A stretch of 63,236 nt of DNA, the filler included, from Sphacelaria rigidula (lineage: Eukaryota), in the NCBI GenBank assembly GCA_964200075.2. It is 8 parts of 8 records of this genome, joined end to end, with 100 filler letters (N's around TTAATTAATTAA, not from the genome) between each part and the next. Parts side by side here need not be neighbours in the genome. Positions count along the whole stretch, not along the records: positions 47,506 to 55,321 come from CAXNAA020013365.1; positions 55,422 to 63,236 come from CAXNAA020013366.1; 6 more parts are not named here. One strand, written 5' to 3'. A program made the translations under genes and the position numbers. The notes under the pieces are model-generated. The model worked only from the letters and a program-made list of their open reading frames with translations. It was not told where the DNA came from and ran no database searches. Positions 51,720 through 63,236 of this stretch are shown here, in pieces; positions within the stretch are counted from its first letter, which is position 1; the number at the start of each line of letters is the position of its first letter.

Positions 51720-54255
51720 CAGGGATCTAGACGTTACACATTACACGTTCACGTTACGTTCATCACGGAAACAAATTTAACTTTAACGTTCACGTTACGT
51801 TACGTATGTCACGTTAAATATATTTTTATGTTCCGTTAACGTTTCATAGGAACATTTAACGTTACGTTCACGTTACGCTTATCACGTAATAATAAATTAA
51901 CGTTACGTTTCGTTATATGTAACGTTATATGAAACGTTTCAATGTCACGTGTAACGTCTAATATGACGTTACGTTGACACGTGTAACATTCGAATGTAAT
52001 GTTTCATTTTGTGCATGTCGCAGCTCATTTACCAGTGTTTAAGGCGTTGTAACTTGTCGTTTACCGCGTGATGTTACCGTATACATAACGCTGACGGTGA
52101 CCCGTCGGCTACTTGTCATGTATAATGAAAACTCAATAAAAAACTCGTTTTTTGATAACCCGCTTCTTATGTGATAAAAAAACGCGTTTGAATCCCCCCG
52201 CACGCCAACATATCCTCCAGCCCACGACAACAGCCGTGGGTCGCTTGGCTACCATCACCACTGCTGTCGCTGGTGCTCGCGGGTAGTCAGCATGTTGCTT
52301 CACTGTCCTTCGCTCGCCAGTATCATGGTAGCTGTTTACCCCATGAGAACAGCACAGGGCAGGGTCGATGACGTGTGCTGTACAAGCACTCTGTGTGTAA
52401 TTTGCACAGACAATAATGTAGCTCGCATTTCAGGTCTGTGCATGCTGAGTGATGCGAACAGCACTCGCGATGCAGTTCAGACTGCTCACGCACCCAAGAC
52501 TTGTAGAGAAAGGGCCGCACGGACCATGCACACAAGACCACAGTAAAGGCAGTAGTGCTACTGCTGTAGTGTCTACAGGACTTGGGTGCTCGGGTAGTCT
52601 GTACTGTATTCGAGTGCTGTTTGCAACACGCTGCATGCACAGACCTGAACTGAGGTACTGTAATGCGTGAGAGGACCGCGTGCTTAGAGGACCGCATCGG
52701 AATTCGAACATCCCCATGGTTAGGGTTAGTGTTAGGGTTATGGTCGGGGCGTGATACCTGCAGGGACTGGCCCGATTGGTTTTGAAAAACATCAATCCTG
52801 ATGTATTTTGAACTACGGCGCGGTCCCCTAAGCACGCGGTCCTCTCACGCATTACAGGTACGTTACTGTGCAACCTACATACAGAGTGTTTGACAGCACT
52901 CGCCATGGACCCTGCCCTGTTTTACTCTCATGGGGGTAAGGGGTAAGGGCCATCAGGCTACTGGCGAGCGAAGGACAATAAAGCAAAACGCTGACTGCCC
53001 GCGAGCACCAGCGACAGCAGTGATAATTGTAGCCAAGCTATCACTACAAAGAAGATTTTCGTGAGATTTAGAGTAGAGGACACGATTGAGAGTGAAAAGT
53101 GATCGATTCGTGTATTATTACCCGTTTCAGTTCCGAAATGCCCCTACACGAGGCCTAATATGCTTCCTGTAGTAACTTGCCACTGAGGTCCTTGATATCC
53201 TTGGGTAGGATATCGACGTGCAGCTTTAAGCACACGCCAGTGATGGAGGGGAGAAAAAGCGCACACGGAATGAACAATTGGCCGAGTTGAAGCGAATCAA
53301 CGAAGCCACTCCCAATCAGCGCCCTGTTCTCAATATCACGAAATCGTTTACAGCCAATGCATACAATACAGTACTGTTGTGTATACTCTTGTCCGTGCTC
53401 TCCCTTCAGTCAAGTACTACCGTGCAGTGTAAAGTACAACCGTCACTTCTACAGTCAGTGATTAGTACAGCAAGGCGGTGTTCGTGTTGATCGTATTGCC
53501 TCACGCAGCCCACCATGTATTGCCCGGGCAATGTATCACAGTAATACAGACAGTCAGTACGGACCGTACACCACGACACGACAACACAGTGCTGCGTCTA
53601 TCTCGTGCGCCCCAGAATTCGAAATTATGCCTGCACACCTCTTAGAAACGATGAGCACTGCATTCCCAATTCTGACAGCGCGTCGATTACGTAAGAAAGG
53701 CTACTTTGAAAAAGTATGTGGAAAACCGCGCTGTTGAGAAACGGCTTTTCTGACGAAGTGTTTTTTTATATATAAGAAGTAGCTTTGAATGTGGTCGAGA
53801 TGATCATGAATAATGTTATGATTCTGACGTGTGGTGGGGAGAGTACTATACCTATACCATGGTCATTCAAACTCACTCATGTGTATTGAAGCACCATCTT
53901 CTAGGATTTGAAAATTCAATTGCAAACTCACTGCATGTGACGTGTTCATGACTTTTCATGTAACGTGTAACGTGTAACGTCTAATTCACGTGTAACATAT
54001 AGTAGACGTTATACGTTACATGAAACGTTTTCTATTGCGTGATTTGAACGTTTGGGCAATTAAACGTTCACGTTACGCTACGTATGTCACATTGAAAAAA
54101 TTAGCGTTAAGTTAACTTTTTAGTTGAAATTTTAAGGTCACGCTCACGTTACGTTCATCACGTGAAAAAAAAAACACTTTCACGTTACCGCTCGGCCAAA
54201 ACGTAACGTGGTCGTACCGTGTAACGCTGTGGCACGTGTAACGTGTAGACCCCTG
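51720..54255. mobile_element. Non-autonomous hAT-type DNA transposon (~2.5 kb)
   Basis: Termini CAGGGATCTAGACGTTACA and (reverse complement) CAGGGGTCTACACGTTACA. Flanks GAAAAAAG / GAAAATAG (7/8 match, 8-bp TSD). Subterminal ACGTTA/TAACGT arrays at both ends. No transposase ORF seen. Confidence 0.8.
52659..52856. mobile_element. TGT...ACA MITE with telomere-like core, nested in the hAT element
   Basis: Perfect 29-bp TIR; GGTAC duplicated on both flanks; internal GGTTAGGGTTAGTGTTAGGGTTA. Confidence 0.85.
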
Positions 54256-54275
54256 GAAAATAGACTGTTCTTGCC

Positions 54276-54535
54276 GAGTGATGCTACGGTAGGGGTGCAC
54301 AACTTTTTTCTGAGGTTAGAATTGTTAGGAGCCCTTGATCTCATGTAAAACACGACCTATGAAGATATGTGAAAGTACGCCAGGATCACTACTACTCCAA
54401 TGTGCTGGGGATATCACGAATGAATTTACAAACCGGGATGCCCTGACCCATGTGTTTGTGCATCTAGAATCGTTAGGAGCCCCTGAACTAGACATAATTT
54501 CGCGAAAAAAGTGCACCCCTACCGTAGCATTGCTC
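54276..54535. mobile_element. MITE (GAGTGATGCTACGGTAGGGGTGCAC TIR family)
   Basis: TIR pair gagtgatgctacggtaggggtgcac / gtgcacccctaccgtagcattgctc. Confidence 0.8.
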
Positions 54536-55051
54536 TGCCCCCTACCCTTGACACCATACTATTGGTTGATGAGCACGGCAACACACAGCGTGTTCAACAC
54601 CACTCTATGTAATAGCTGGTGAGAGATTACCGCTATTTCGACATGAAGAAGTCGAAGTCCTAGCTTGGTGCATCCGATACCCACATATAGGAAACTCTGC
54701 TGCAAGTTCGTTACCTCCTGCGAAATGGTCAGAAATAATCCCAACAGCACGACTACACGCGTTTTTGCGGGATGACGCCTGACAAAGTTCCTATTCTTTC
54801 ACGTGTGGATATGTGCAGTGTGAAACATGAGCCATCCAGTGTTCGGAATTGCAGGACGCGATCTATCCGAGAGGTTGACACTACAGGCGGCTCGCATAGT
54901 ACGAGAGTGGCAGCAGTGGTGATAGCTGAAAATATAGACCAGCGCAACGAGTCGGCTGTTGAAAATTTGATTTCTTGGTGCATGCGATGCTTCGGCTGCT
55001 CCATGTCCACCCAATATTCAGAGTCCTGTCCTACACAAAAGGGTGACGCCG

Positions 55052-55262
55052 CGATAGCCCCCCCCCACAATCAGCCCTAAAACTGCCAGGAAGAAGACGA
55101 CCACACAGCACATGACAGCTGGGTTCACACTGCATGAAGCGCCTCATGTTGGCGACGTTGGAGAAAACGATGTCAAGCGTGTGAGTTCCCAGCTGCTCGG
55201 TATGCTCGGCTTTTGCCTCCTCGAAACAGCCACTTTCCTGGAGGGGGGGGGGGGGGGGGGGG
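55052..55262. repeat. G/C-tract MITE-like repeat copy
   Basis: Starts CGATAGCCCCCCC; the interior is a diverged reverse complement of the 62948-63170 copy. Confidence 0.65.
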
Positions 55263-55321
55263 TATGGCAGACCCGTTTAGTTTTTTTTTTCGCTCAACAC
55301 CCCGGCCATTGGGCTTGTGTT

Positions 55322-55421
55322 NNNNNNNNNNNNNNNNNNNNNNNNNNNNNNNNNNNNNNNNNNNNTTAATTAATTAANNNNNNNNNNNNNNNNNNNNNNN
55401 NNNNNNNNNNNNNNNNNNNNN
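55322..55421. other. Artificial contig spacer
   Basis: N44-TTAATTAATTAA-N44. Confidence 0.98.
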
Positions 55422-56217
55422 TTTACTACAGCAGCAGCACTACCGCTTATACTGTGGTCTTGTGTGTACGGTCAGTGCGGTCCTGTCTCTACAAGTCTTG
55501 GGTGCGTGGGCAGTCTGTACTGTTCGCATCACGCTGCATGCACAGACCTGAAATGCGAGCGACAATGCTATCTGGGCAAACTACACTCAGAGTGTACAGC
55601 ACTCGCCATCGACCCTGCCCTGCCCTGTTCTCATTGGGTAAAGAGCTACCATGATACCGGCGAGCGAAGGACAACGAAGCAACACGCTGACTACCCGCGA
55701 GCACCAGCGACAGCAGTGTTTATGGCAGCCAAGCCACCCATGGCTGCTGTCGTGGGCTGGAGGGTGTGTTGGCGTGCGGCGGGATGTCAAACGCGTTTTC
55801 TGATCACATATGGAGTGGGTTATCAGAAAACGCGTTTTTTTATAGAGTTTTCTTTATACGTGAGAACTAGCCGACGGGCCACCGTTAGCGTCAGGTACAC
55901 GGTAACATCACGCGTTAAACGACACATGACAACGCCTCAAACACTGGTAAATGAGCCGCGACATGCACAGAACGAAACGTTACATTCGAACGTTACACGT
56001 GTCAACGTAACGTTATATTAGACGTTACACGTGACATTGAAACGTTTAATATTACGTTACATGTAACGAAACGTAACCTAAAATATTTTTTACGTGATGA
56101 GCGTAACGTGAACGTAACGTTAAATTTTCATATGAAACATTAACGTAATGTGAACGTTAAATATTTTTCACGTGATGAGCGTAACGTGAACGTGAACGTG
56201 TAACGTGTAGACCCCTG
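55422..56217 (-). mobile_element. Second, partial copy of the hAT-type element (one end, inverted)
   Basis: Reverse complement aligns to 51720-~52570 and ends in ...TAACGTGTAGACCCCTG. Confidence 0.8.
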
Positions 56218-56258
56218 CATTTTTCGAAAAAATGCTCTCCGACATCTGAGGTCATTGT

Positions 56259-56465
56259 TGTAATGCGTGAAAGGACCGCATGCGTAGAGGACCGCATCGG
56301 AATTTGAACATCCCTATGGTTAGAGCTAGGGTTAGAGTTGCGGGGTTAGGGTCAGGGGCGTGGTCCCTGCAGGGGCTGGCCCGATTGGTTTTGAAAAACG
56401 TCGATCCTGAGGTGTTTCGAGCTTCGACGCGGTCCCCTAAGCACGCGGTCCTCTCACATATGACA
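56259..56465. mobile_element. TGT...ACA MITE with telomere-like core, third copy
   Basis: Same TIR and GGGTTA-like core as 52659-52856. No TSD discernible. Confidence 0.75.
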
Positions 56466-57271
56466 CCAGGACAGAGCAGACAAGGAGTAGAAGCAGATAT
56501 AGCAACCACGCAAAGCCCACCAGACTTTTCGGTTTTTGTCAGTATTTCTTGATCAATTTCTTGCAAAACAATTTACAGAAATAATCAAAACAGTCTTCAT
56601 GAATCAATTTCTTGGAACGAAGTTGACAAAAAAAAATGCTGACAATTTTCGAAAAATGCCCTCCGGTGGGGGGGCTACATGTCCGGAAAAATTCTCTGCG
56701 CTGCCCCCTGGTATTTCGCATATTTTTTTCATGCGATTGGATCCTCGTTCTATTATTTCCGGTCGTCGATGTACGACAACACCGCACATCACAGCGGACG
56801 GGATCAGAACTGCTACTGTTGCTGTACGGTGTCTCTTTAGCAAAATATTTTTATCATCACCGACAACTCAATCTCCGCCCACACAGCCTCACACATCTGG
56901 GGCCCAGAGACGACGAACATCAAATTGGGGTTGAGGGTCGAGGTCTTAATTTAGGAGCACCATACCAGCGTGAGGCATTATTTTACTCATACTGACTTCC
57001 GGATATTTCTGGACTGTAGATTCCTACTGATTTCCTTACATTGCCGTTTTCTTTTTTTCTGGGCTCTCGATCACTACTTGCTCGCATCACCAAAGCTCCC
57101 CAACAGCGCACGTTAAACACGGAATTGCCGCGCAACCCCAACTGGCAACTTCAAGTTGCGTATGTGCTGCTCTCCCCGTGCGTGAGAACCTAAACAAGAA
57201 AAAGCCCGAGACAGTACAACACACACAATAAAGCGTACCCTATTGCTGAGGCATAGAAGCCACGGTAGCCC

Positions 57272-57274
<3 letters not shown>

Positions 57275-57323
<49 letters not shown>

Positions 57324-57525
57324 GTCGTCCCATCTCTTCTGGACGCCGGTCTACACCTTTCGGTATATGTGGGCGCACCGCCCGGCGTCACACAGAAGGA
57401 AGGCCAACGCAGAAGTTTTTTTCCCTTCTTTCTTTTTGTTTTTATACTCCACCTTCCTTTTGCGGTGCTTGCATTTTCTTTTATCGCGAGAGGGGTTCAG
57501 CAGTCCCGCTCCCTCGCCGACCATT
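57275..57525 (-). repeat. SINE-like dispersed repeat with (CA)n tail
   Basis: (TG)n run at 57274-57322 followed by a body matching 28163-28351. Confidence 0.7.
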
Positions 57526-58048
57526 AAGTCGAATTTTGCCCATACTAAGCCGAAATCTCCGTGTGGCGTTTTGGGATATATATCCTTGCTGTTTCTTTTA
57601 TGGACGCTTCTCATCTTATTTTTCGTCGACCTTTCCAGGAAAATATTTTCCCCCTGGGTTGGGGAGAGGGATAATCGTGGTAAAAAATAAAGAGTACGAA
57701 TGATTTCCTTTTTCTCCCCTCATGATACCAAGACACCTCCACACCGTATATCATGCCTCTATATTACAATGCAATGCAGGATAGCACATCGCAGTACAAT
57801 GCAGTATACAGTACAGAGTATAGGAGGCAGCATTTACAGTTGCATGATGTCCAAGTGACAGTAAAGTGTATACTTGGAAAAAAATGCTATTATAGTTATC
57901 AACCAACTGCTCTTCCACCCTTTCACCCTACCATGGTGCCATCCTGCTCTGTACCACACACCCAACACAGCCGCAACAATATACCCACGTACTCTCATGC
58001 ACACAGGCAATATTTTAGCGTAAAGCGCACAAGTACACCTTCGTTACC

Positions 58049-58217
58049 TGTACCGTCTGTGGGAAGAGGGTGTTGCGTACGCCACGGCACCGCCCGGCAC
58101 CACCCGAGGATCACAGGTCATAGAAGAGTACCACATGTACACGGAGAACACACACGCACGGGTGATCGCCTTTATTACGACAGCTGTGACGGGAGGGTTG
58201 TTGACCACCAACATCTT
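58049..58217 (-). CDS. Possible first coding exon of an unknown gene divergent from LRRC9
   Basis: MLVVNNPPVTAVVIKAITRACVFSVYMW... ends at a good donor (AG|GTAACG) and is preceded by a pyrimidine tract and acceptor. No recognisable domain. Confidence 0.3.
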
Positions 58218-59096
58218 GTACCGTGTCGGCGAACGCAATTACGGGCGTCACACCTGTCAGGTTGGCCTCGCTTGATGGCGAAGAGGATAGGAGAGAGACG
58301 GTGCTCCACGAACATTCAATGGCGGTCCGTCAAGCAGCTTACCGGTGAACAAAAAAAAAGCAAGAGTACAATTCCTACCATGAAGTCGTGAATAAATACG
58401 GTGGAGAAAGACGCCACTCACTTGAAGCTTGATGTAATCGGAACTGCCGGCTAACAGGCATGTGTTGTCTACCCGGCTGTGCAATGTGTGTGCTTTACCT
58501 TGTGCTGTGGTGCACAGTACCTTGTGCTGCTGCTGATGAATAGTGACTAAGTTTTGAAAGTGTTCGATTATCTCCGCACTGCGGGAATTGACGGAAAAGG
58601 CGAACACTGTTCCCCCTACATTCACTTGATATGCTTTAGGGAAAACAGCACTACCAAGTGTGGTGCGGCGTATTGCATTGTTTAGATGGCGGCAGATCGA
58701 ACAGACAAGACTCCCCTAAAACAGGCTTTGGTTGGGTTCCGGGGAGCACAGAATTGTGTTGGCTACGTGGCGTTTCCTCGAGTTTTGACCGGAGAATCAG
58801 AGCAGAAAGATCATTAGACGCGTTCTGAACGTGTACAGTAGTCGGTTCTCTTCCAGGCTTCCCACCTCTTTGTTATCTTCCGTAGTACCATGAAGCATAC
58901 GCAATGTGCCAGAATAACGCATCACGCGTAGTGAGCCACAAAAGCGAGACATCCACTTGTACGAGAAGTGGCCACGCGAGCGACAACCTTACAAATACTG
59001 TTTCATAGTTTCAGCAGGCGCACAAGTGTTCTCCGCCACCCCACTTTGCTCTCGTACTCGATGCATAACCAACAAATCGATTGCTACTAATCGCAG

Positions 59097-62000
59097 GTAC
59101 GAAGCGGGTGTGCGAGAAATATGCGACGCAAACGGCTTGTCGGAGGATAAGTTCGTCCGAGAGGCCCACTTGCTGCCCAGTCTCGACATGTTCATGAGCA
59201 ATCTCGAAGATGTTCGCAACCTCGCTTTCTTCCGAGGACTCACAGCTCTTTGCTTCATCCACGTGCATAACGTCAAGTCCGTAGCGGGACTGGATGAATG
59301 CTGCCCGGGTGAGTGAGCACTACGGTATATCGCGCGGCTAAATCCCGACACGTGTCGACATTTTCAAGTCAATACGGATACAGCTCGCTAGCGCAGCTGC
59401 TACTGTGTCGATACATGTTCCTTTCATCACGTTCTCTGGCTGCGAATCATTCCTGTTGCCAACCGGTGATGGCCTCGTGCCTTGGAACGTTGGTCAAAGG
59501 TTCCATCTGAGTGCCTAGGCACAGGCAACCATTTGTAGTAGCAACCGTGAAAGGTAAGCCGTAAATACTGTGCAACCAGATATACAACACTAGCAAGCGC
59601 ACTGGGAATTGTGAATCATGCCAGACATCACCTGAACGACGTTTTTTTCTCATGAGGGAAGGAGGAAACCTCACCCAACACGTACCCCGCTAGCGCTTTC
59701 GTGTGCCGAATTCCCGGAGGCTTGGCAAGACCTCCTCACGGCAGTCATGTGGGGTAGGCGCCTCGACCGTTCGCAACGCTTCGCTCAAGGCAGTGTGGGA
59801 CTTGAACCCACTAACACCCCCAGTCAACTTGGCGCAGTGCACGCATCGCCGTACTCTCGTGAGCTTCGGCCCTAGATGTGAACGACATCGTAAACATGAT
59901 TTGATCTCACCGCGTGCAGCGTCGGTGTACATGCACACTGAAGATATTCGCCCTTGCATCCTTTGACGTCCATGCATTTCGAAATGCTGTCATAACTCAC
60001 AAAAGGTTTGACGCGCGTGAATATCACGGAGTGCAGCTTGGAGACAACTGACGGGCTGGAAACTCTGACCTGTCTCACTGAGCTACACCTGTCGAGCAAT
60101 CGCTTGCAGACTTTGAGCGGAATGAAACGACTGACCAGCCTAAAAAAGTTGTGGGCCAACGACAACCGCCTCAGCATGGTAAGGCTTAAATCTAAACTAG
60201 CGCACATTGCTGCTGCTGCTGCTGCTGTTATTGTTGTTGTTGTTGTTGTTGTTGCCGTCAAAGTTTGTGCACGAAGTCGATTCCGCTTCTTCCTGACAAT
60301 TCTCCTTCCGGAGATATTCGTCACTTTTCCCGAGCGCGACCTCAGCCCGCTACGGTCGAAACAACTATTGAAGGTAGAAAAATGTCGAGAAAACATCAAG
60401 TTCTACCATTTATAGGGAAACGAACCGAACAAGGAAGGACACTCTCTCCCAACACAGTACTCCAACGGTGACCGTCTCAACTTGGCGAGGAAGGATTTGT
60501 GCGCCAACGGTATTCTGTAACGCGGGGAAAATATGGCTATAGTTCAATATGAAGATACCGCGTAAACTCGTTGCCACCCAAATCCGTTCGTCGTCGGCAA
60601 ACAGTAGACCATCAACGCCATGAACCAAGCAGGACACCTCCAGATCCTCCATCGCCTTGTCTTGAAAAAAGGCCCCTCGAAATATACCCCAGACCTACGA
60701 CCCTTCGCCGAAGCGATGTACTCGCCACCTGCAAGAGCAACAGTTCATCGATCACCTGTCTTGGAATGGGTGACTTCTCATTAGTATGGATTCAAAACTC
60801 AAAACTAGGCATTGTTTCAAAGATTGCGCAGCACAGTTGTGTCGTCCCGAACAGAAAAATAATAAGACTTATTAAGCACAGGTATGTTTCACTCTCACGT
60901 CGAGTTTTAGGATGGTCGCAACAGTATAACGCTTCGAAGCCAGTCGTACCAGTCCTGCATGAGGATTGGATGTTCAACTGGTGTGACATTCCCGGCTTCT
61001 CCCCTATTGTGCTGTTTTTGTTTCGCTGTATTGGTGTTGTACCAGATTGACGGGTTGTCAAATAACGAGTCTCTCGAAGAGCTATGGCTGTCCCGAAACC
61101 GAATCGTGGATATCGGAAATGCTCTTCCCCTCGGACTACGGGACATTAACCTGGCACATAACCGATTGGGATGCTTCAAGGAACTGTTAAAGCTGGCCCC
61201 GCTAGAAGGTTTACGCGCCCTCACTCTGCAAGATCCACATTTCGGCGACAACCCTGTTTGCAGCCTCTCCAACTACAAGACCTACGTCGCTTACCACCTC
61301 ACGCAAGTGAGATACTGCGTAGTATATATTTTGCGTGACACACGACAAAACAAAATCATCTCGGGTGTCGACCTGACTACCGATTGAGATATATCGTATT
61401 CCTTTTTCACAGAGCATGTGCGGAGCTAGTTGGTGCAAAAAAGAAGGAGTAGAAATTCCTGACAGTGCTCCAAATTGACCACCAATCATCCGATACACAC
61501 GGTTGTCCCAAACAGAAACCCACTTTTCAACTTGCCGTTGAATAGCTCAAGAGCAAAAAACCATCGTTCGACTTCTACTCGAACCCTAAAGTCTCTCGAC
61601 ACCTAATATTTATCGCAACATCGCTCGAACCTACTGCTTGGGATGTATTGTTAAACGAGTCGCGGCTGGATTCTAGCCAGAACTCGATATGAAGGCATGC
61701 ATCGAAATATCAATTCGGTACAAAACGTCTCATACGTGAGCGCGTGCTTACGTCCAGCTGACGTCGTTAGATATGGAGATCGTCTCGGAGGAGTCAAAGG
61801 CGTTCGCCAACACGGTGTTTCTCAAGAAGAGCATGTACTACAACATGCGATCAAGGATCGTCAAGAGGCATGCTGGCCACGTAGTGCGCAAGGCAAGAGC
61901 GACAACAGAACTGCAGATAAAGTACTAGTTCTTCGTGAGCTGTTGAGTACTATATTGCTGATTGATTACCAGCATGCTTGCAATATCTAATGGCGCATTT

Positions 62001-62932
62001 ATATGAGATGCTGACTCAAGACGCTTGAGTCATTTTATGCGGTACGCGTGGCAACATTCGTGTGGAAGGTCGTTCATTCTAGCACGTCACACCTTGTTCG
62101 TGAGTATAGTGAGCGACCGTATTTTCCTCTCAACCCTTAATGTAGAAATACTGTGCTCGTTCTCTTTGATCGTAGCGTACGTACATTGTACCCCTCAGTT
62201 TCGCTGGCAATAACAAGAGTGAAAATACCAGACACCCATCGAATACAATACATGCTATTATTTATTCGTTCCTTACGTGCGTCCATCCAGGCGACCGAAC
62301 TCTGCGCAGAAAAGGCAGCAGAGCTGAAGACGACGCTCATACACCTACAGTGGCAGAGAAAGCACGTGGAGCACCGTCGAATATCCCAGGTGGGTGGCGG
62401 CGTTGGCGGAGGTGAAAAGCATCGCTTCCAGCAACAGCAACAACGTCAACATCAAGTTTCGCTGATAGAAGGAGTAGCTTGGACCTCGCTGCCGCCCCCG
62501 CTTCCACACCCAGACCCAGAAACAAACGTTCTAGTGGATAACCTCTCCGCCGCGGTGACGGAGGTTGCAGCTCGCGAGAGCACTCGTGATGACGGTGGTG
62601 CGAGTCACCCCGCTACAACAAGAATACCCTCAGTAGAAGGTGTCGAATGCAAGGGTAGTGATAATCATATTCGTAATAATAGCAACAACGTTGTAGCTTC
62701 AGCTGCGGGGCGGGAGGCTGGAGGTAACAATGGAAACGCGCTGGAAAAAATAACGGCCAAAATGGCGACGGCTGAGGCGGGGGTCGTGCGTGGGGGCGGC
62801 GGATCGATTTTATGCTCAAGACGTGCGGATGATAGCTCGTTGGATGGGAATTTACAGCTGAAGGCGAAGGGACAGGCGTTAGGCCGAGCTGTGTCGATCG
62901 TGGAGAGTGTACTGCACAAAATGGAGGAACAG
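59097..62932 (+). CDS. LRRC9: Leucine-rich repeat-containing protein 9-like, N-terminal part
   Basis: Exons 59097-59308, 60006-60178, 61046-61306, 61758-61892 and 62291-62932 join in frame. SDS22-type LRRs plus LRRC9-characteristic segments EICDANGLS, DPHFGDNPVCSLSNYKTYVAYHL and KKSMYYNMR. Possible start ATG at 58686 not resolved. Confidence 0.85.
60208..60254. repeat. (TGC)n(TGT)n microsatellite, intronic
   Basis: Directly visible. Confidence 0.85.
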
Positions 62933-62947
62933 GTGAGACACTTTCTA

Positions 62948-63236
62948 CGATAGCCCCCCCCCCCAAAAAAAAAGTGCATGGTTTTGGGAGGCAAAATGTT
63001 CACGTGAATCGAAAGGGAAAAGCCGAGCACAACGAAAGCTGGGAATTCCCACGCTCGGGTTCGTTCTAGCCAATGTCGCCAATATGAGGCGCTTCATGCA
63101 GCCTGGACCCAAGCATCAGGCGCTGTATGGTCATTTTTTTCGTCACACTTTTAGCTGGTTTTGGGGGGGGTGTACTCATGATCATGCTTGCCATAGTCAT
63201 CAGACCATTGACCTCGCATCCCTACAAAGCCGGGAC
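62948..63236. repeat. G/C-tract MITE-like repeat joined to the end of the ~350 bp repeat family
   Basis: CGATAGC(n) start; body shared with 7920-8063 and 47506-47575; the last ~70 bp are the reverse complement of ~19113-19180. Confidence 0.75.

Noticed and set aside
51730..52010. ACGTTA-rich arrays as CRISPR or satellite
   Set aside because: No constant repeat-spacer structure; they are subterminal parts of a TIR/TSD-bounded element.

Overview
Eukaryotic, intron-rich, repeat-rich DNA, most likely from a brown alga (Phaeophyceae). That assignment is inferred from spliced WSC and POMP-like genes, TTAGGG-type motifs and intron style. The window is not one locus. It is eight unrelated contigs of 7815-7819 bp, sorted by length and joined by artificial 100-bp N44-TTAATTAATTAA-N44 spacers. 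Spliced host gene fragments with phase-compatible exons: a BTB/POZ protein whose BTB domain is split by about 500 low-complexity residues; the 3' end of a POMP/adhesin-like gene; an ankyrin-repeat gene lying head-to-head with a disrupted Cu/Zn-SOD-like gene; a candidate polysaccharide-lyase + WSC protein; and an LRRC9 orthologue. Mobile DNA: a near-complete but decayed chromodomain Ty3/Gypsy pol with an extra C-terminal module and a candidate LTR; an internally deleted Gypsy; a LINE endonuclease remnant; a copia-like remnant; a hAT-type non-autonomous element; a Tc1-like non-autonomous element; and several MITE/SINE-like families, two of which carry telomere-like repeats. No rRNA, tRNA or CRISPR array was seen. 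The most interesting leads are the lyase-like/WSC fusion, a putative Tudor/SH3-like tail possibly shared by a Gypsy integrase and a DNA transposon, the split BTB domain, and the telomere-motif MITEs. All protein-family calls are from motif recognition by eye, without database searches.
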